Shown piece after piece: positions 12,925 to 25,399 of a stretch of DNA of 64,000 bases. The stretch's first letter is position 1; each line of letters begins with the position of its first letter. The position numbers and the translations under genes were made by a program. Location: NCBI RefSeq assembly GCF_000143415.4, contig NW_003314266.1:2119197-2183196 (forward strand), in the 5' to 3' direction. The notes under the pieces are model-generated. The model worked only from the letters and a program-made list of their open reading frames with translations, was not told the origin of the DNA and ran no database searches. The stretch comes from Selaginella moellendorffii. Taxonomy: Eukaryota; Plantae; Lycopodiophyta.

Positions 12925-15900
12925 ATGGGAAAGAACAAGCGCGGCGCCCCCGCCAAGAGCAAGGGCAAGGGCAAGGGCAAGAGCAAGGCGCGGCAATCAA
13001 TTACCAGCAATGCCAGCGACGACGGCGATGCGCTGCTCGACGAGGAGATCACCGCTTTGTAAGTTTCACGCGAATTGTAGCTCAGCCGACTGAATTCTCC
13101 TCGATCAGATCGGCGATATTTCAGAACGATTTCAGCGTTGTCGCGGATCATCCGATCAAGGAGATCACGATAAATCTTCGGTAAGATTTATCTTCGTGAG
13201 AATTTCTTTTTATCGAGTAGTTATCTTCCAGACCACATTCTGAGAATGACAACGATTTTGCTGCTCATCTCTTCGTAAGGTGGGCTTGAAAATTTGTCTA
13301 GCCGAAAATTCTTCGCGCACTTGGTGCTTGATTGCTAGGTGTTTTCCTGGCTATCCCTGGAAGCCCCCAAAGCTACAAATCGCAGCGAGTGATAAATCGC
13401 TGGAAACCGAGTGCCATATTCTACACGGAATGCTGGTAGAACAGGTTCGCAAACTGTAGTCCAACTCATTGTCGATCTAGCATTTTCGTTCTTAGGCTGC
13501 TTTGTGTGCTCGAGAAGGAAGAGTTATGATCTTCAATCTTGTTGAAGCTGCCCAGGAGTATTTCTCGGAATGTCTTGCCAACTTAGCTCAAGAGCAAAAA
13601 AAGGTAAATTCTCTGAGAATCTTGATTCTGACATGGCCATATCGTTTCATTTTGTGTGTCTAGGAGTTGGACGAAAGCGTCGCACAAATGTCCGAGCCTC
13701 CCATTGTCAAGGAATCAGAGCCAGTGAACTCTGATTTCGTCTACTGTGACTTATGGGAAAATAGTGGCACCTGGGAAGGCCCGGACAGTCTTCCCGCTGG
13801 ACAGACTCCATTAGAAAAGGAGATTCCTTCGTCAAGTATTCCAAACAGACCCGGTTTTCGGAGACCACCAGCTTTAGTTTTACCAGAGCTAAAGCCGCAG
13901 GATTCAAAGCAACATATTAAAGGTTTAGATGCTGATAATGAAACCCGCGAAGCATCGGCAGAAGACGAGCAGTTATCTAAAGACGCGGCTGTGAGCGAAT
14001 TTCTGCTTAAAGCATTCTCTGGCTACAAGGTGGCGCGAACTACGAGGGTACGATTTCTAGTTTTAGTCTTTACTAATTAGTGGCGCTTTTTGTAGCAACC
14101 GGCTATGACTTCTGAGGCACTGGGAACCGGAGGCGACGACGACGCCATATTTGCCATTCAAAAGGACTTGATTCTGGTTTGTGCATTTTTATAATTTTCT
14201 TGCCTGATATCGTTGCAGGTATATCTGCTTCGTTTGGCCTGTGGCAAGAAAGGTCCTCTACCGAATTCATTGTCCGAATTGACTTCTCAATTGTCACAAC
14301 TCGGTGTACGTGATGTTTTTCGAGAGAATTTGCTGTATAAGTTTCTTTTTATGCAGATCATGCCATCGTGGGCCGAGGACTTGGTTTCTCGTCAACCTCA
14401 AATGTTTCAGGCAACATTCAAACGTATTTTTAAGCAGACCGTCGACAAGGATAATGTTTCGGAGTTTAAAGTAAGCATTGACATAATCATTGTTTGTGTT
14501 TTCTATTTCTAACAATGAACTTAGAGAAATTTGGAAAGGTTTTGGAATGCAAGTCCCGATTTGTTAGGAGAAAATGATGGCAATCTTGCAGCAATGAATT
14601 CGAGATACTTGTCTGACTTTGAAGAGCTTTGTTTGCTGGGTAAGGAAGAGCGTGATGGAATTTTCTTTTAAAAAAATTCTCACGTGTTTTACACAGGGAA
14701 AGGTGGATTTGGCCATGTAGTTTTGTGCAAAAATAAACTCGACGGGCGACGATATGCCATGAAGAAGGTCAAGCTTAAAGATGAAAACCCTTCCGACAAG
14801 ATCTTGAGGTAAGTTATTGCCAGACTACAACGATCCTGAGACAAAATATGACAGGGAGGTTGCTACTCTTTCACGTTTGCAACATCAACATGTTGTTCGC
14901 TATTATCAGGTTTGAGTTTCCTGTTCGTTTCTATGCCTGTGCTCAATTAATATTCATATAGGCGTGGTTCGAGACAGCAGCAGGGGGTTCTTCTGGCACT
15001 CCCTATGGAGAAGAATCTGAAATTTCGTCAAGCTGGGTCGATACGGCGGGCTCCTCAAGCAACGATGTCAACACGGTTTCAACATTTTTGTACATTCAAA
15101 TGGAATACTGCCCAAGGTTGGTGTTAATGCATTCTTTTTAGACCGTGTGACCATGTGGTTTCGATTTCAGGACGTTGAGAGAAGTGTTTGACACACGATC
15201 AGTTCTAGACAAGGAGTTGACTTGGGGAATTTTTCGTCAAATTGTCGAAGGCCTTTCACATATACATGGGCAAGGAATCATACATCGAGATCTTACGCCA
15301 AGTAATATATTTTTTGATACTCGAAATGATGTCAAGATTGGTGACTTCGGCCTTGGTAAGTTTCGCATATTACGTATCAAATCGTTTATGACAGGTGTGT
15401 GTGCAGCTAAATTTGCGGATCTGCAAAATCCTGATCAAGATCACCGTGTTCCTGTTAAATTTGAAGCAAACGTAAAGTCACTCGAAGGGACTGGCCAAGT
15501 CGGTACCTACTTTTATAGAGCTCCAGAAATTGAACAAGCTTGGCCACACATTGATGAAAAGGTTGGTTTTCTAAGTTAAGAAACTTTACTGATCTTTCCT
15601 TTCAGGTTGATATGTACAGTCTGGGTGTCATTCTGTTTGAGCTATGGCATCCATTCAGCACAGGCATGGAGCGTTATGTCACTTTGAACGAGCTGAAACA
15701 GCAAAATATTTTACCTTCAAACTGGGCGGCTAAGTTTCCGCACCAAGCAGCGTTGGTACATTTGCTAGTATCGCCTCATCCTCAAGACCGTCCTTCTGCA
15801 CGGGACGTTCTGCAATCCGAGCTCTTGCCTCCTAGGATGGAAGATAAAGCATTGAAAGGTATTGCGACTTTTGGTTTCTACCTCACTTTTCTGGCTTTTC

Positions 15901-17973
15901 TCGTACAGATATCCTGCGAACCATCCACAGTGCCGATAATACTTTTGTTTTTGATCAAGTTATTGCTGCTTTGTTCGACGAGGAAAAACTAGCTTCGAAG
16001 ACTGATAACGAAGCAAACCTTTCGATTGGTGACTTGGATCACCTTACGCCTAAATGGCTGACAGCACAAGAGCTGGTTATTGGCCTTACTAAAGACGTTT
16101 TTACGAGGCACGGGGCCCGCAAATTTCGAAGCCCAAGCATGACCGTAGCTTCTGATGTCAAGACATCAAACAGGTTGGCCTTTTTTTGTTGATCGGTTTA
16201 GAGGCTTACTTGTGCGCTTATAGATCTGCCGTCAAAGTTATTAACTCTTCAGGAACGATGTTTGAATTACGTTATGACACACGTCTTTTATTTGCGCGAT
16301 GGGTTGTCCTAAATCAGGTGATGTGTGTGTGTCTGTTTCTTTCTTCTCAGACGTGCATAATGTTTTCCAGAGCACGTCATGGAAGCGCTACGAGATTTCT
16401 CATACTTACAGGAAAGGCGTGGGATATCGTGCGCCGAAGGAGTATCTTCAAGTAAGGAATGTTTTGGTTTACAAAAACACAAAAAGGATTGCTTGCAGGG
16501 AGACTTTGACATAATCGGCGGTTATCGTGCATTAGCCGAAGCCGAGGTCATCAAGGTAATTGACGAAGTCCTGCATGGCTGTTCTTTCTTACAATCCAAG
16601 CTACAGGCAGCTGCCGATATCATTTCCAGGGTGTCGTCTACTGAAACATGCGAGCTACGTCTTAATCACCTTGAAATTCTAGATACCATATGGAGCTGGA
16701 GTGGCGTAACCAGACAGCAAAGGAAGAATGTGGCTCAGGTATGCTCTTGGATTTTACTTTTGAGATATTTTCTGTGCTTTATTTCAGATACTTGGAACTA
16801 TGACCTTCCTCCGTCCTCAATCAGCAGACCGGAAGGCCAGATGGGTTTTTGTTCGTCGGCAGCTTATCCAGGCATGCTAATACGTGCTTAAGCTTTGTGA
16901 GGCTCAGTTTTGCTGCAGGGTTTACATTTATCCGAAGCCGTGGTAGACAGGCTTCAAACAGCTGAACGTCGCTTCACGGGAAACGCGGATGAAGTTCTTG
17001 CTCGATTAAGAGGAGCTTTATCTAATAGTAAGATACTACTCGTGCTTAACAAGCATAACCTTTGATCAGGTCCATCGAGCATCGAAGCGATTGAAGAGCT
17101 CTCAAGACTACTAAGCTATTTGAGAAATTGGCGTGTAGAAATGTTACTTACGGTCGACGTTTTCATCGTTCCGAGTGATTACTACTTTAATGCCGCGTAT
17201 TTTCAGGTGATGAATATGATTTTTGACTCAGCTAACAGTGCATGATATGTCAGATATATTTTCCTAGAACAAGCTACCCCGGAGCTCAGGGTATGCTACT
17301 TGCCGTGGGAGGCCGCTATGATTTACTTCTTGAACACCTCGCTAAGGATTATGGAGTAAGAACTACAACTATCCTTGCTTTCAATAACTTCACTTGATCA
17401 GGTACACACTCCACCAGGGGCAGTGGGACTGACTATTGCTTTGCAAAAGCTGATCCATATTGCTATGAAAGATAGGTACTACGGAAGCTTGTATATCAAT
17501 GCAGAATTGAGTTTGTTCGTGCAGTAAAAATGAAACGGAACCTGCTGAAGTTCTCGTATGTTGCCGAGGAGGGGGTGGTCTCCTGAAAGAGAGAATGGAA
17601 TTAGCAGACGAATTATGGTCCGCAAATGTCAAGGTGAGCAGATTTATTGTGGTCATTCTCAACAAGCATCTACGTAGCAGGCGGACTTTGTATGTGCGAT
17701 TGCTCCAAGCCTGACTGAGCAGTACGAATATGCGCATGACAATGGAATCAAGGTGCTTGTAATCATCACGGAGTCCGGCTTATCCCAGGGGGTGGTCACG
17801 GTAGTTTACTTCCTTCTGTTTCCAAAGCCAAATCTTTTCGGTGTTCTATGCAGGTTCGCCATTTAGACTTCAAGTTTGTGGTAGACGTTCCCAGGGATGA
17901 CTTGGCTAAAAGCTTGGCGGATTTGATTTCTGGCCCCCTGGCCGTGAAAATGCTACGACAGTCTCTCATCTAA
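12925..17973 (+). CDS. GCN2: eIF2-alpha kinase GCN2 (RWD, kinase, HisRS-like and anticodon-binding domains), many short introns
   Basis: RWD (LLDEEITAL, CFPGYPWKPPK, GRVMIFNLVEAAQEYF); kinase SRYLSDFEEL..LGKGGFGHV, YIQMEYCP, IIHRDLTPSNIF, KIGDFGLA, QVGTYFYRAPE; HisRS-like ELRYD, QGDFDIIG, LAVGGRYD. Confidence 0.93.
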
Positions 17974-18094
17974 TCTGGTAACTTGATCTCATGATTTTTT
18001 TTTAAAATATGATCTAATAGTTATGCTTAGATTTTTGTGAGCTTCTCAAAGTACAGCCTTATGTGTAAGTTATTCCTTTTATGCGTTACTCCTC

Positions 18095-19381
18095 TCACAG
18101 CTCCGAGCATGATGCAGGTGCGAAAGTGACGGTGGATTTCTCATTGTCGAACATGATATGGTAGCCTTCCTGCATCACATTGCCGATGATATTAATCCCG
18201 ATGCTTGCGCTGGACATGATAGCGAGACAAGCGACTGATTCGTTCCACGCTTCGGCATCGGCTCGACTTGGGACGATGATGTAGTTATCTTGGTGGAGGT
18301 TCATCCAAGCATCTGGGAAATGTAGAGCAAGGGAGGGAAAGGTGTAGTCTCTCTGGAGGGAAATGTTATAGCACAGGTCTAGGCCTACCGAGGTGCCGTT
18401 AACCAGGGGAAGATTAATCCGGCGGCTGAAAACACTTATCACTTGGATGTACACGCCAAGAGGAAGAAACGTTAGTGTAGTGCCAGAGTCGAAGATGGTG
18501 CCAACCGAGCTATCGAGGTCGCTGTGAGGCATGGAAATGGTATAGCCGTCAGCCGAGACACTAGTGAGGTTCACGAAGTAGAACGTTTCGTCGCCATCGC
18601 GGGTGAGAAGAGGTGTGGACTGGGCATTTGAAGCATGGACCGGAGCAGCACTGCCGTAGAAGAAGGGGCTGGGATGGTTAAGTGGCGAAAGACAGTAGGA
18701 GAACTTGTTCCCGATGGAGTCGCTCAGCTGTGTGATCAACGAGACTTGGCCTCGACCGAAGCCAGCAACGCCGTCTAGGTTCGGGAAGCCGCTTGAAGAT
18801 AAGCTACAGCCGACGAGGATATCGGAAAACTTCGAAGTAGTCGCGTTGGACGTCCTGAGGGAGACGGTCTCCGTGACAACCAGGCCAGATGTTGCTCCTC
18901 CTCCTCCGTATTGGTACTGGTACTCGCAAGAGTAGAGGCAGTAGTCGTTGAAGTGTGAGCAGGCATCGGAGCAGCTCACAGTATGGAAAGTTGACGACTG
19001 TGTATAGTTGAAGCGGTTGGCGGCGCTTGGTAAGCATTGCACCCAGACGAGGTCACTCCCGGTATCAAACAGGACGTCCATGCGTTGAGGAGGAGTTCCG
19101 AGCAGAAGAGGCATTGTGAAAGCACTGCCCACGTCGGTCATGGGGATCCCGGGAATAGCTTCCCCTTTGCCTTCTCCGGCCTTGGACGCTAGATATCTGG
19201 CTCGTAGGAAGCTGTTCTGGAACCTCTTGGAGATCGGTAAGTTGGAATCGCGTCTTCTGAGCTCTGTTCTGAATCCATCCTGTTGTGTGGCTCGCAGGAG
19301 CGGATGGACGTGAGCAGGAGCAAGTGGAAGCGTGAAAAGAGCCCGCGCGAAGAGCAGCAGGAGAAAGGAGGAGATCGCCAT
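18095..19381 (-). CDS. Secreted A1-family (nepenthesin/CDR1-like) aspartic protease, single exon
   Basis: Signal peptide, catalytic DTGS and DSGT motifs, FSYCL, and IIGNVMQ. Confidence 0.92.
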   Translation of the reverse strand: MAISSFLLLLFARALFTLPLAPAHVHPLLRATQQDGFRTELRRRDSNLPISKRFQNSFLRARYLASKAGEGKGEAIPGIPMTDVGSAFTMPLLLGTPPQRMDVLFDTGSDLVWVQCLPSAANRFNYTQSSTFHTVSCSDACSHFNDYCLYSCEYQYQYGGGGATSGLVVTETVSLRTSNATTSKFSDILVGCSLSSSGFPNLDGVAGFGRGQVSLITQLSDSIGNKFSYCLSPLNHPSPFFYGSAAPVHASNAQSTPLLTRDGDETFYFVNLTSVSADGYTISMPHSDLDSSVGTIFDSGTTLTFLPLGVYIQVISVFSRRINLPLVNGTSVGLDLCYNISLQRDYTFPSLALHFPDAWMNLHQDNYIIVPSRADAEAWNESVACLAIMSSASIGINIIGNVMQEGYHIMFDNEKSTVTFAPASCSEL

Positions 19382-20012
19382 TGCCAAGGCTGTTTTTCGA
19401 TCGAGCACCCGAGCCGCCGAAGACAGAACTTATGTGAGGCGATGTAAGTATATTTTGCGTGAGCTTGGATTTGTCGTGCGAGCACACCAAGCATGCGGAG
19501 CTTATAAAGATTGTGTGTTTCGATTTCCAGGCCAGCACCAAAGGCAGATGGTAGACGGTCTCATCAAAACCGAAGCTTACATTTTGCGTAAGAATCACTT
19601 AAGCATTTTGACTTTGCTATACAGCGCTTGTTTTCCCGACTAAAAAGAATTTTCTCCCCTCATCTCTTTTGTGCAGCCGCCAAATGGTTGACTGATCAGA
19701 TTGAGCTTATTCTTGTTTGCAGGTATGTTAAAGGAAAAATGTGACTCTTTCTAATAAATGTTAATGTCTTTTACAGCTCCAGGCCAATCTAACAATTGTG
19801 GAAACATTGGAGGTTCTTTATTTCCTTCTCGTTTATGAAATCTAATAGTTCTGAATATTCTATGCGCTATGTTGGTGGGAAGTTCACGAGTTTGCCACCA
19901 CTTTTCAGAGCTCTTGTCCAGAAAGTCGGCGAGCCCCAGCACCAATCTCTCGGTCTGTATATATATTATTCGTTCGGTATAATGTTCTGAAAGCTATGTT
20001 GAGGAGAACGCC

Positions 20013-21145
20013 ATGACACGGCAAACGCTAGTTCTTCTCGTCTGCTCGGTGTTTTTACTCGGCCTGTCCAACTCCGAGTACTACTCAGTCGACACTTTCG
20101 GTGGTAACGGGTTTTCAAAAGGACTGAGGTTTGGATTCTATGCAGCTACTTGTCCAAACGTGGAAACCATTGTCCGGGAGTCTTTCACTAGCAATATCTT
20201 TCGAGACCCGACTGCTGCCGGTGCTCTCATTCGTTTGGCGTTCCACGATTGCCAAGTCGGGGTACGTAGATGTTTTCCTACAATCTTAACAGTTTTGGCC
20301 AACTTTTCTGTGCTTCTCCAGGGCTGTGACGCGTCCATCCTGCTCAGCTCCTCCGAGTCGATCACCAGCGAGCTCGTCTCCGATAGAAACTTTGGAATCC
20401 GTCGACTGGATTTCATTGACAGCATCAAGAGCGCGCTCGAAGCGTCGTGCCCGGGTGTGGTTTCCTGTGCGGACATCATAGCCTTGGCTGCAAGAGACTC
20501 CATCAGGATCTCGGGGGGACCAAACATTCCCATACTCCTCGGACGAAGGGACTCCACAAGCGCCAGTAACTTAGCGGCCGATCGATCCATTCCACTCCCA
20601 ACTATCAGCGTCGACGACACCATCAGCCTGTTCCAGTCCAAAGGCATGACGCTCCAAGAAACAGTGGCCATTCTAGGTACTCCTACTTCCAAATTCCCAC
20701 TGCTGCTCGAGCTCTTTTCTTCGCTCTTTTCTTGTTTGTAGGTGCTCACACTGTTGGTGTTGGCCACTGCGTAAGCGTCCTGGATCGATTGTATCCAACG
20801 CAAGACCCGAACTTGCTCCCTCCTCGCTCAGCGCAGCTCCGAGCTCAGTGTCCTCCCACTCCGCCACAGCTCCTCAACAACAACACCTTCTTCGCCAATG
20901 ACTTCACCAACGTGTTCTTCGACAACCAGTACTTCAGAGACATTCTCAATGGGCAGGGGCTGTTTGGAATCGACTCAAAGATCGCGCTTGACAAGAGAAC
21001 CTCCCGGATTGTCTCCATGTTTGCGACGAACCAGGCGTACTTCTTTGCGGTCTTCTCCTCGGCGTTTAATAAGATGCTGGCGTCCAACGTTCTCACGGGT
21101 AGCAGTGGAGAGATTAGAAGAGATTGCAAGGTTGTCAACTCGTAA
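20013..21145 (+). CDS. Class III secretory peroxidase, three exons
   Basis: FYAATCPNVE, RLAFHDC (distal His), GCDASILL, CPGVVSCADIIALAARD, GAHTVG (proximal His), FDNQYF, GEIRRDC. Confidence 0.95.
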
Positions 21146-21367
21146 GTAGATCATCGAAGTTTAAAGTTCTTTGCTATGGTTGCTATGATATAAAGAAAAC
21201 CAATTGATTTGAGAAAGGAAGTTTTGACATTGTGATATGAGCTTTGACTTTTTTTTTCAGAGAATGATGGAATGAAAGTGAAGTCGTGGACTGAGAGTTC
21301 GATTTTCTCTCTATAAAGAACACGCTAATCTTCGTCACCACCGAAATAAAACCATCAAGAGAACTAT

Positions 21368-22680
21368 ATGGGAGCTTTTGGCTTTGTGTTCGTTGTGTTC
21401 CTCGTGTTCCTGGCGCAGTGGCATGGGACGTGAATGGAAGCAGCAGCAGCAAAGTTTTGGCAACATGCCCAGCTCGACTGAGAGTTTTCATGCTCCCGGA
21501 TAGATTGTCGCTCTCGAGATCCAAGAGTGTCAAGCTGTGGAGCTCACTGACGAGTCGGAGGATCTCTCCGTGGATCGCATTGGAAGAGAGGTCGGCGTGC
21601 TTGAGCCCGGTGAAAAGCGAGCGGAGGTCTCCTCCAAGCATCCACCCAGCTCCTCGAGATGCCCATTAACGTTGCTACAAGTAACTCCCGCCCAAGAGAC
21701 GCACAGCTGCTGCGAGTTCCCCGAAGTCCAGTTTGCTGGGAAGGCTGGAAGAGCTCTCTCTTGCCAACTGCTCATTGCTGATGACAAGAAGCTCGAGTAC
21801 TTCTCCATGTTCGACACAGACAAGCGTCACTGGGCAAATACCTCCTGAGCTTGGCAACTGCACAAAGATCGAGTGGTTTGACATTGACATCTACACGGTC
21901 CAGTTCCACAACGCTGGGACTCAATCGTCTACTCGCAGCGAAGAGCTGTGGAACATGACCCAGCTTGAGTTCCTCAGCCTGATTGAAACCATGTGTACAG
22001 GGACAATCTCTTCAAGGATTGATAACATGACCAAGCTCGGACACTTGAACGTCGGCTCAAACTCCATAATCGGAGGGGTCATATGACCAGGGGAAGTTGG
22101 CAGGTCCAAGACCTTGGTTTATCTCAGCACCATCCCAGAGTCGATCCACACCTCCACATCTTTGGCTGGGAAGCAAAATGCTGACTGGAGTAATCCCTTC
22201 CTCCCTTGCCCAGCTTTCCAGCCTCATAGGCTTACATTTGGATCACAACGTATAGGAGAGATCCCTTCATCACTGGCGCGCCTTCAAAAGCTGGAGACTT
22301 TGATACTACTTCAAAACACGTTGGAGTTATGGGTTACATAACTTCAGCCAACTTTCTGCATGTTGAGATCCCCCTTGAACTGGCAAACTGTACCTCCTTG
22401 CAAGTGCTCGAGGTGTCTAAGAACAAGAGGCATTTCATCAGTCTTAAGACTCTGGGGAAAGGAACAGGCTGGTGGGAAGCATCCCAGTTTCACTGCTTAC
22501 AAAGCTGGAGTGATTCAAGGTAGGGAGTAACCCTATCCATGGCTTGGATATTGACTTGAGGAGACTTCAAGTTCTCTCCCTGGCAAGAAACACCTTTCAA
22601 GGTAGTTTTCCTTTGCTTCCTCACAACTCGAGGTTGCAACAACAACATTTATGGGGAAATTTCAAACACAATCAGTGAGC
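21368..22680 (+). pseudogene. Decayed plant LRR receptor-like gene fragment with an internally inverted LRRNT segment
   Basis: Signal-peptide-like MGAFGFVFVVFLVFLAQW lies on +. LRRNT (PANWTSGNSQQLCVSWAGVTC) and LSSNAIHGEI..LTLLDL lie on - (~21480-21740). LRRs on + include TGQIPPELGNCTKI, GEIPSSLARLQKLETLIL and EIPLELANCTSLQVL, with frameshifts and stops. Confidence 0.75.
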
Positions 22681-22773
22681 AATTAGACATATCATGGGAA
22701 TTCATTCATTAGCTGTTTAGAGGGTTTCATGGTGAAGCATGATTATAGTATGCTGTTTTACTCAATTCTTGTA

Positions 22774-23694
22774 CTATGGCCATTGCTTAACTAACTGCTT
22801 TGTTAATGTATTATATAAAGATAGTTTACCAATATTTTCAATTATAAGTGCACTTTGTGTAGAACTTTTAGTATTAGTATTTGAGGCCCATATTGGAATT
22901 TCTAAACTATTATATATAATCAGATTTTGATTAGTATTGAGAACTACATAGCATTTAAATCCTTTATTTGATGTTTTTGATTCCCAAATTATTTTTGTCA
23001 AATAAACAAATATTAAATTACAATTTTTAGTTATTGTTAATTTATAATTTCCATTTGAAGAAACAATGGAGTTTTCTGAGAGAAGATAAGATCCTAAATA
23101 GTTTTTATTTCCACTTACTAAAGATGACCTATAAATCCAACAATCATTTTCATCCATATTTATCTAACAATGTCACAAAATATTTCAAATGGCATTAGAA
23201 ATATAATTAATTACCTTTATATTTTTTATTGTGAGATTTTGTTTATCATTTATTCTGTTCCCATGTACTATATATTCTAATTCTATAAATTCGTGAACAG
23301 CTCGAATATGACCATATAGTCCAGCTAAAGCTTGATCTACAACTGCTTGAGCAAGAGTTGTAAGTAATATTTTAAGGTATTCGCCTCTAACTTGCATATT
23401 AGATCCCATAGGTATGCAAAATTTAGCATTAGAAATATCATAAGAATATCCATGTATTGATATTTTCATAGATATTTGAGAAACTTTAACTCCTTCAAAA
23501 TTTTGTATGGGAAAAGTTCCTACCATATAATTTGTATTATTATGAAGACTATGGAGAAAGAAAACAAGATTTTTAAATATTACATATGCATCTTGATTAG
23601 AAAGTGTATCAGTAAATGATCTAAGTGTGAAAGTTAATGTGTTTACAACAATTATAATAAAAAATAAAGAGGTAAGAAAAACATATAAATTCAT
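22774..23694 (-). CDS. AT-rich secreted protein: signal peptide + unknown ~140-aa domain + C-terminal bulb-type (GNA/B) lectin domain; predicted exons 23694-23215 and 23163-22774 (289 aa)
   Basis: Two ORFs in the same frame are joined by a 51-nt phase-0 intron (AAG|GTAATT...TGTTAG, 23214-23164) that removes all three stops. Lectin repeats: SSNGNYKLTITKNCNLIFVY..IIWES, VLNTNQNLIIYNS..PIWASNT, IENIGKLSLY. Confidence 0.7.
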
Positions 23695-24242
23695 CCTTCT
23701 GTATATATAAAATGAGATTCAGATTCAACTATTTATTTTAAAAATAATTTTTAAAAAGTTGGAAAAAAACAAAGTTTTTAAAGATAATACTTTTATCTTT
23801 TACATTTTTATATATTTCTTTTTCTCTTTTCTCAGCTGACATCTATATATAAAATCTATAAAGTTAAATAGATGATAAATTTGAGGAGCTTTAAATAATG
23901 ATCTTTGAGTATTGGCTGGTTATGAACATTATGAAGAAGTTGAATAAATTTTAAATTAAAAACAACTCACCATTTTTACAAAGCTAAATCAAGTAATAAA
24001 TAAAATTTCCATAAATTGATTTAAAACAAGTAAGTTTTTATAGGTGACAATTTCAACATGCTCAAATACCAACAAAGAGCAATTCAAAGAGAGGGGGAAC
24101 AAGAGGGAGTAAAGAATTAGAGTCCAATTCCATGCTATGTCAATCCATAGTCCACAGATGTATACCTCCAAATCTTCATTGGTTATTAATTCCATATTTT
24201 ATCTATCATCTGCAATGTGAGTGCACTATCATTGTACTGATG

Positions 24243-24330
24243 TAAGGGACTTGTATGGCATGTCATTCATAAAATGGGTGTCCATAAGGGACTTGTATGG
24301 CATGCTATTCATAAAATGGGTGTCCATATG
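24243..24330. repeat. Tandem duplication of a 42-bp unit
   Basis: taagggacttgtatggcatg(tc/ct)attcataaaatgggtgtcca occurs twice in tandem. Confidence 0.8.
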
Positions 24331-24721
24331 TCCATATGACACCTTGCTACCTCACACACACACATATGCAGTCCATGTGGTAAAACCCCATAGGCCTAGA
24401 TGGTTTTTACCCATGGCAAGTACAAGATGCCCCAATATATTCCACTGGCATGGCAATATGACTTAGAATTCAATGGCCATTCTATGAGTGATCAATAGCC
24501 ATCCAATGAGATGGGATAGTGGAATCATAGCATACACATGCCATTGCCTTTGATTTTGGTCACATAGTTGTGGAGTCTATTGGCTATAGCAATGGTAGTG
24601 ATGGTGATTATAGTGGAGTTGGATGTTAAGGTAACTCATTTTCCTCAAGATGATAAGGATTATCACATTTACCAGTTTATGCAATGAAGAGTACTTAACT
24701 TCTAAGTGGGTGAGCTTGATT

Positions 24722-24935
24722 ACCAAATCCAGTGTTGCGGCACCAGATCTAGTGCCACCGCTGCCGCCAGATCCAGTGCTGCCGAGTGCTGCTGTGCCAT
24801 ATCCAGTGCCACAACAACTGCTGTGCTGGATCTAGTGCCACAGCAGCTACTGTGCCAGATCCAGTGCTGCTGTGAGTGCCCTAGATCCAGTGCCACTACA
24901 CCAGATCAATTGCCACCACACTAGATCCAATGCCA
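24722..24935. repeat. Degenerate minisatellite (CCAGATCCAGTGC-type units)
   Basis: About 9 imperfect copies of ccagatc(c/t)agtgc(c/t). Confidence 0.7.
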
Positions 24936-25399
24936 GAAAACTCTCTGCTCACGTGGTTTGTCAATTCTCACACTTAGTTTTTTTTTTTTTTTTGCAGTTC
25001 AGGATTCAATAAGGGGAGGAGGAGCATCAGGCCAAGGCCTTCTTCAACTCTTCTTACAAACAGGGAGGAAATGAAAAGGTGAGCACAAACAACTTCATTG
25101 AAGCCCTATGATGCTCCACTACTCTTATAAACCCCACCAATGGATCTAGAGTTCGAACTTTGAGCCTTTGGTAGAGGACATGAGGATGTTTTCCAGGAGC
25201 ATCAGGCCATGGTAGTGGATGAAAACGAGGTATAACATGTATGACCTCAACTTCAATCCAGATAAGCACAAAAATATTGTCTTAGTTCCTTTAGTTTTCT
25301 GAATACCATATTTAAACAAGAGTCTTTAGACCTATTTTACCCTATTTTTATCCGTCTTAGATCCATTCTCCAAGGGGATTCACCAATACCATTAGGTTT

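Noticed and set aside
23158-23187. Alternative genetic code or stop readthrough between the two AT-rich ORFs
   Set aside because: A canonical 51-nt GT-AG intron of the size typical in this window removes all three stops.
24960-25270. Poly-T tract with an adjacent short ORF suggesting a retroposed LINE/SINE tail
   Set aside because: No TSD or RT motif could be identified.
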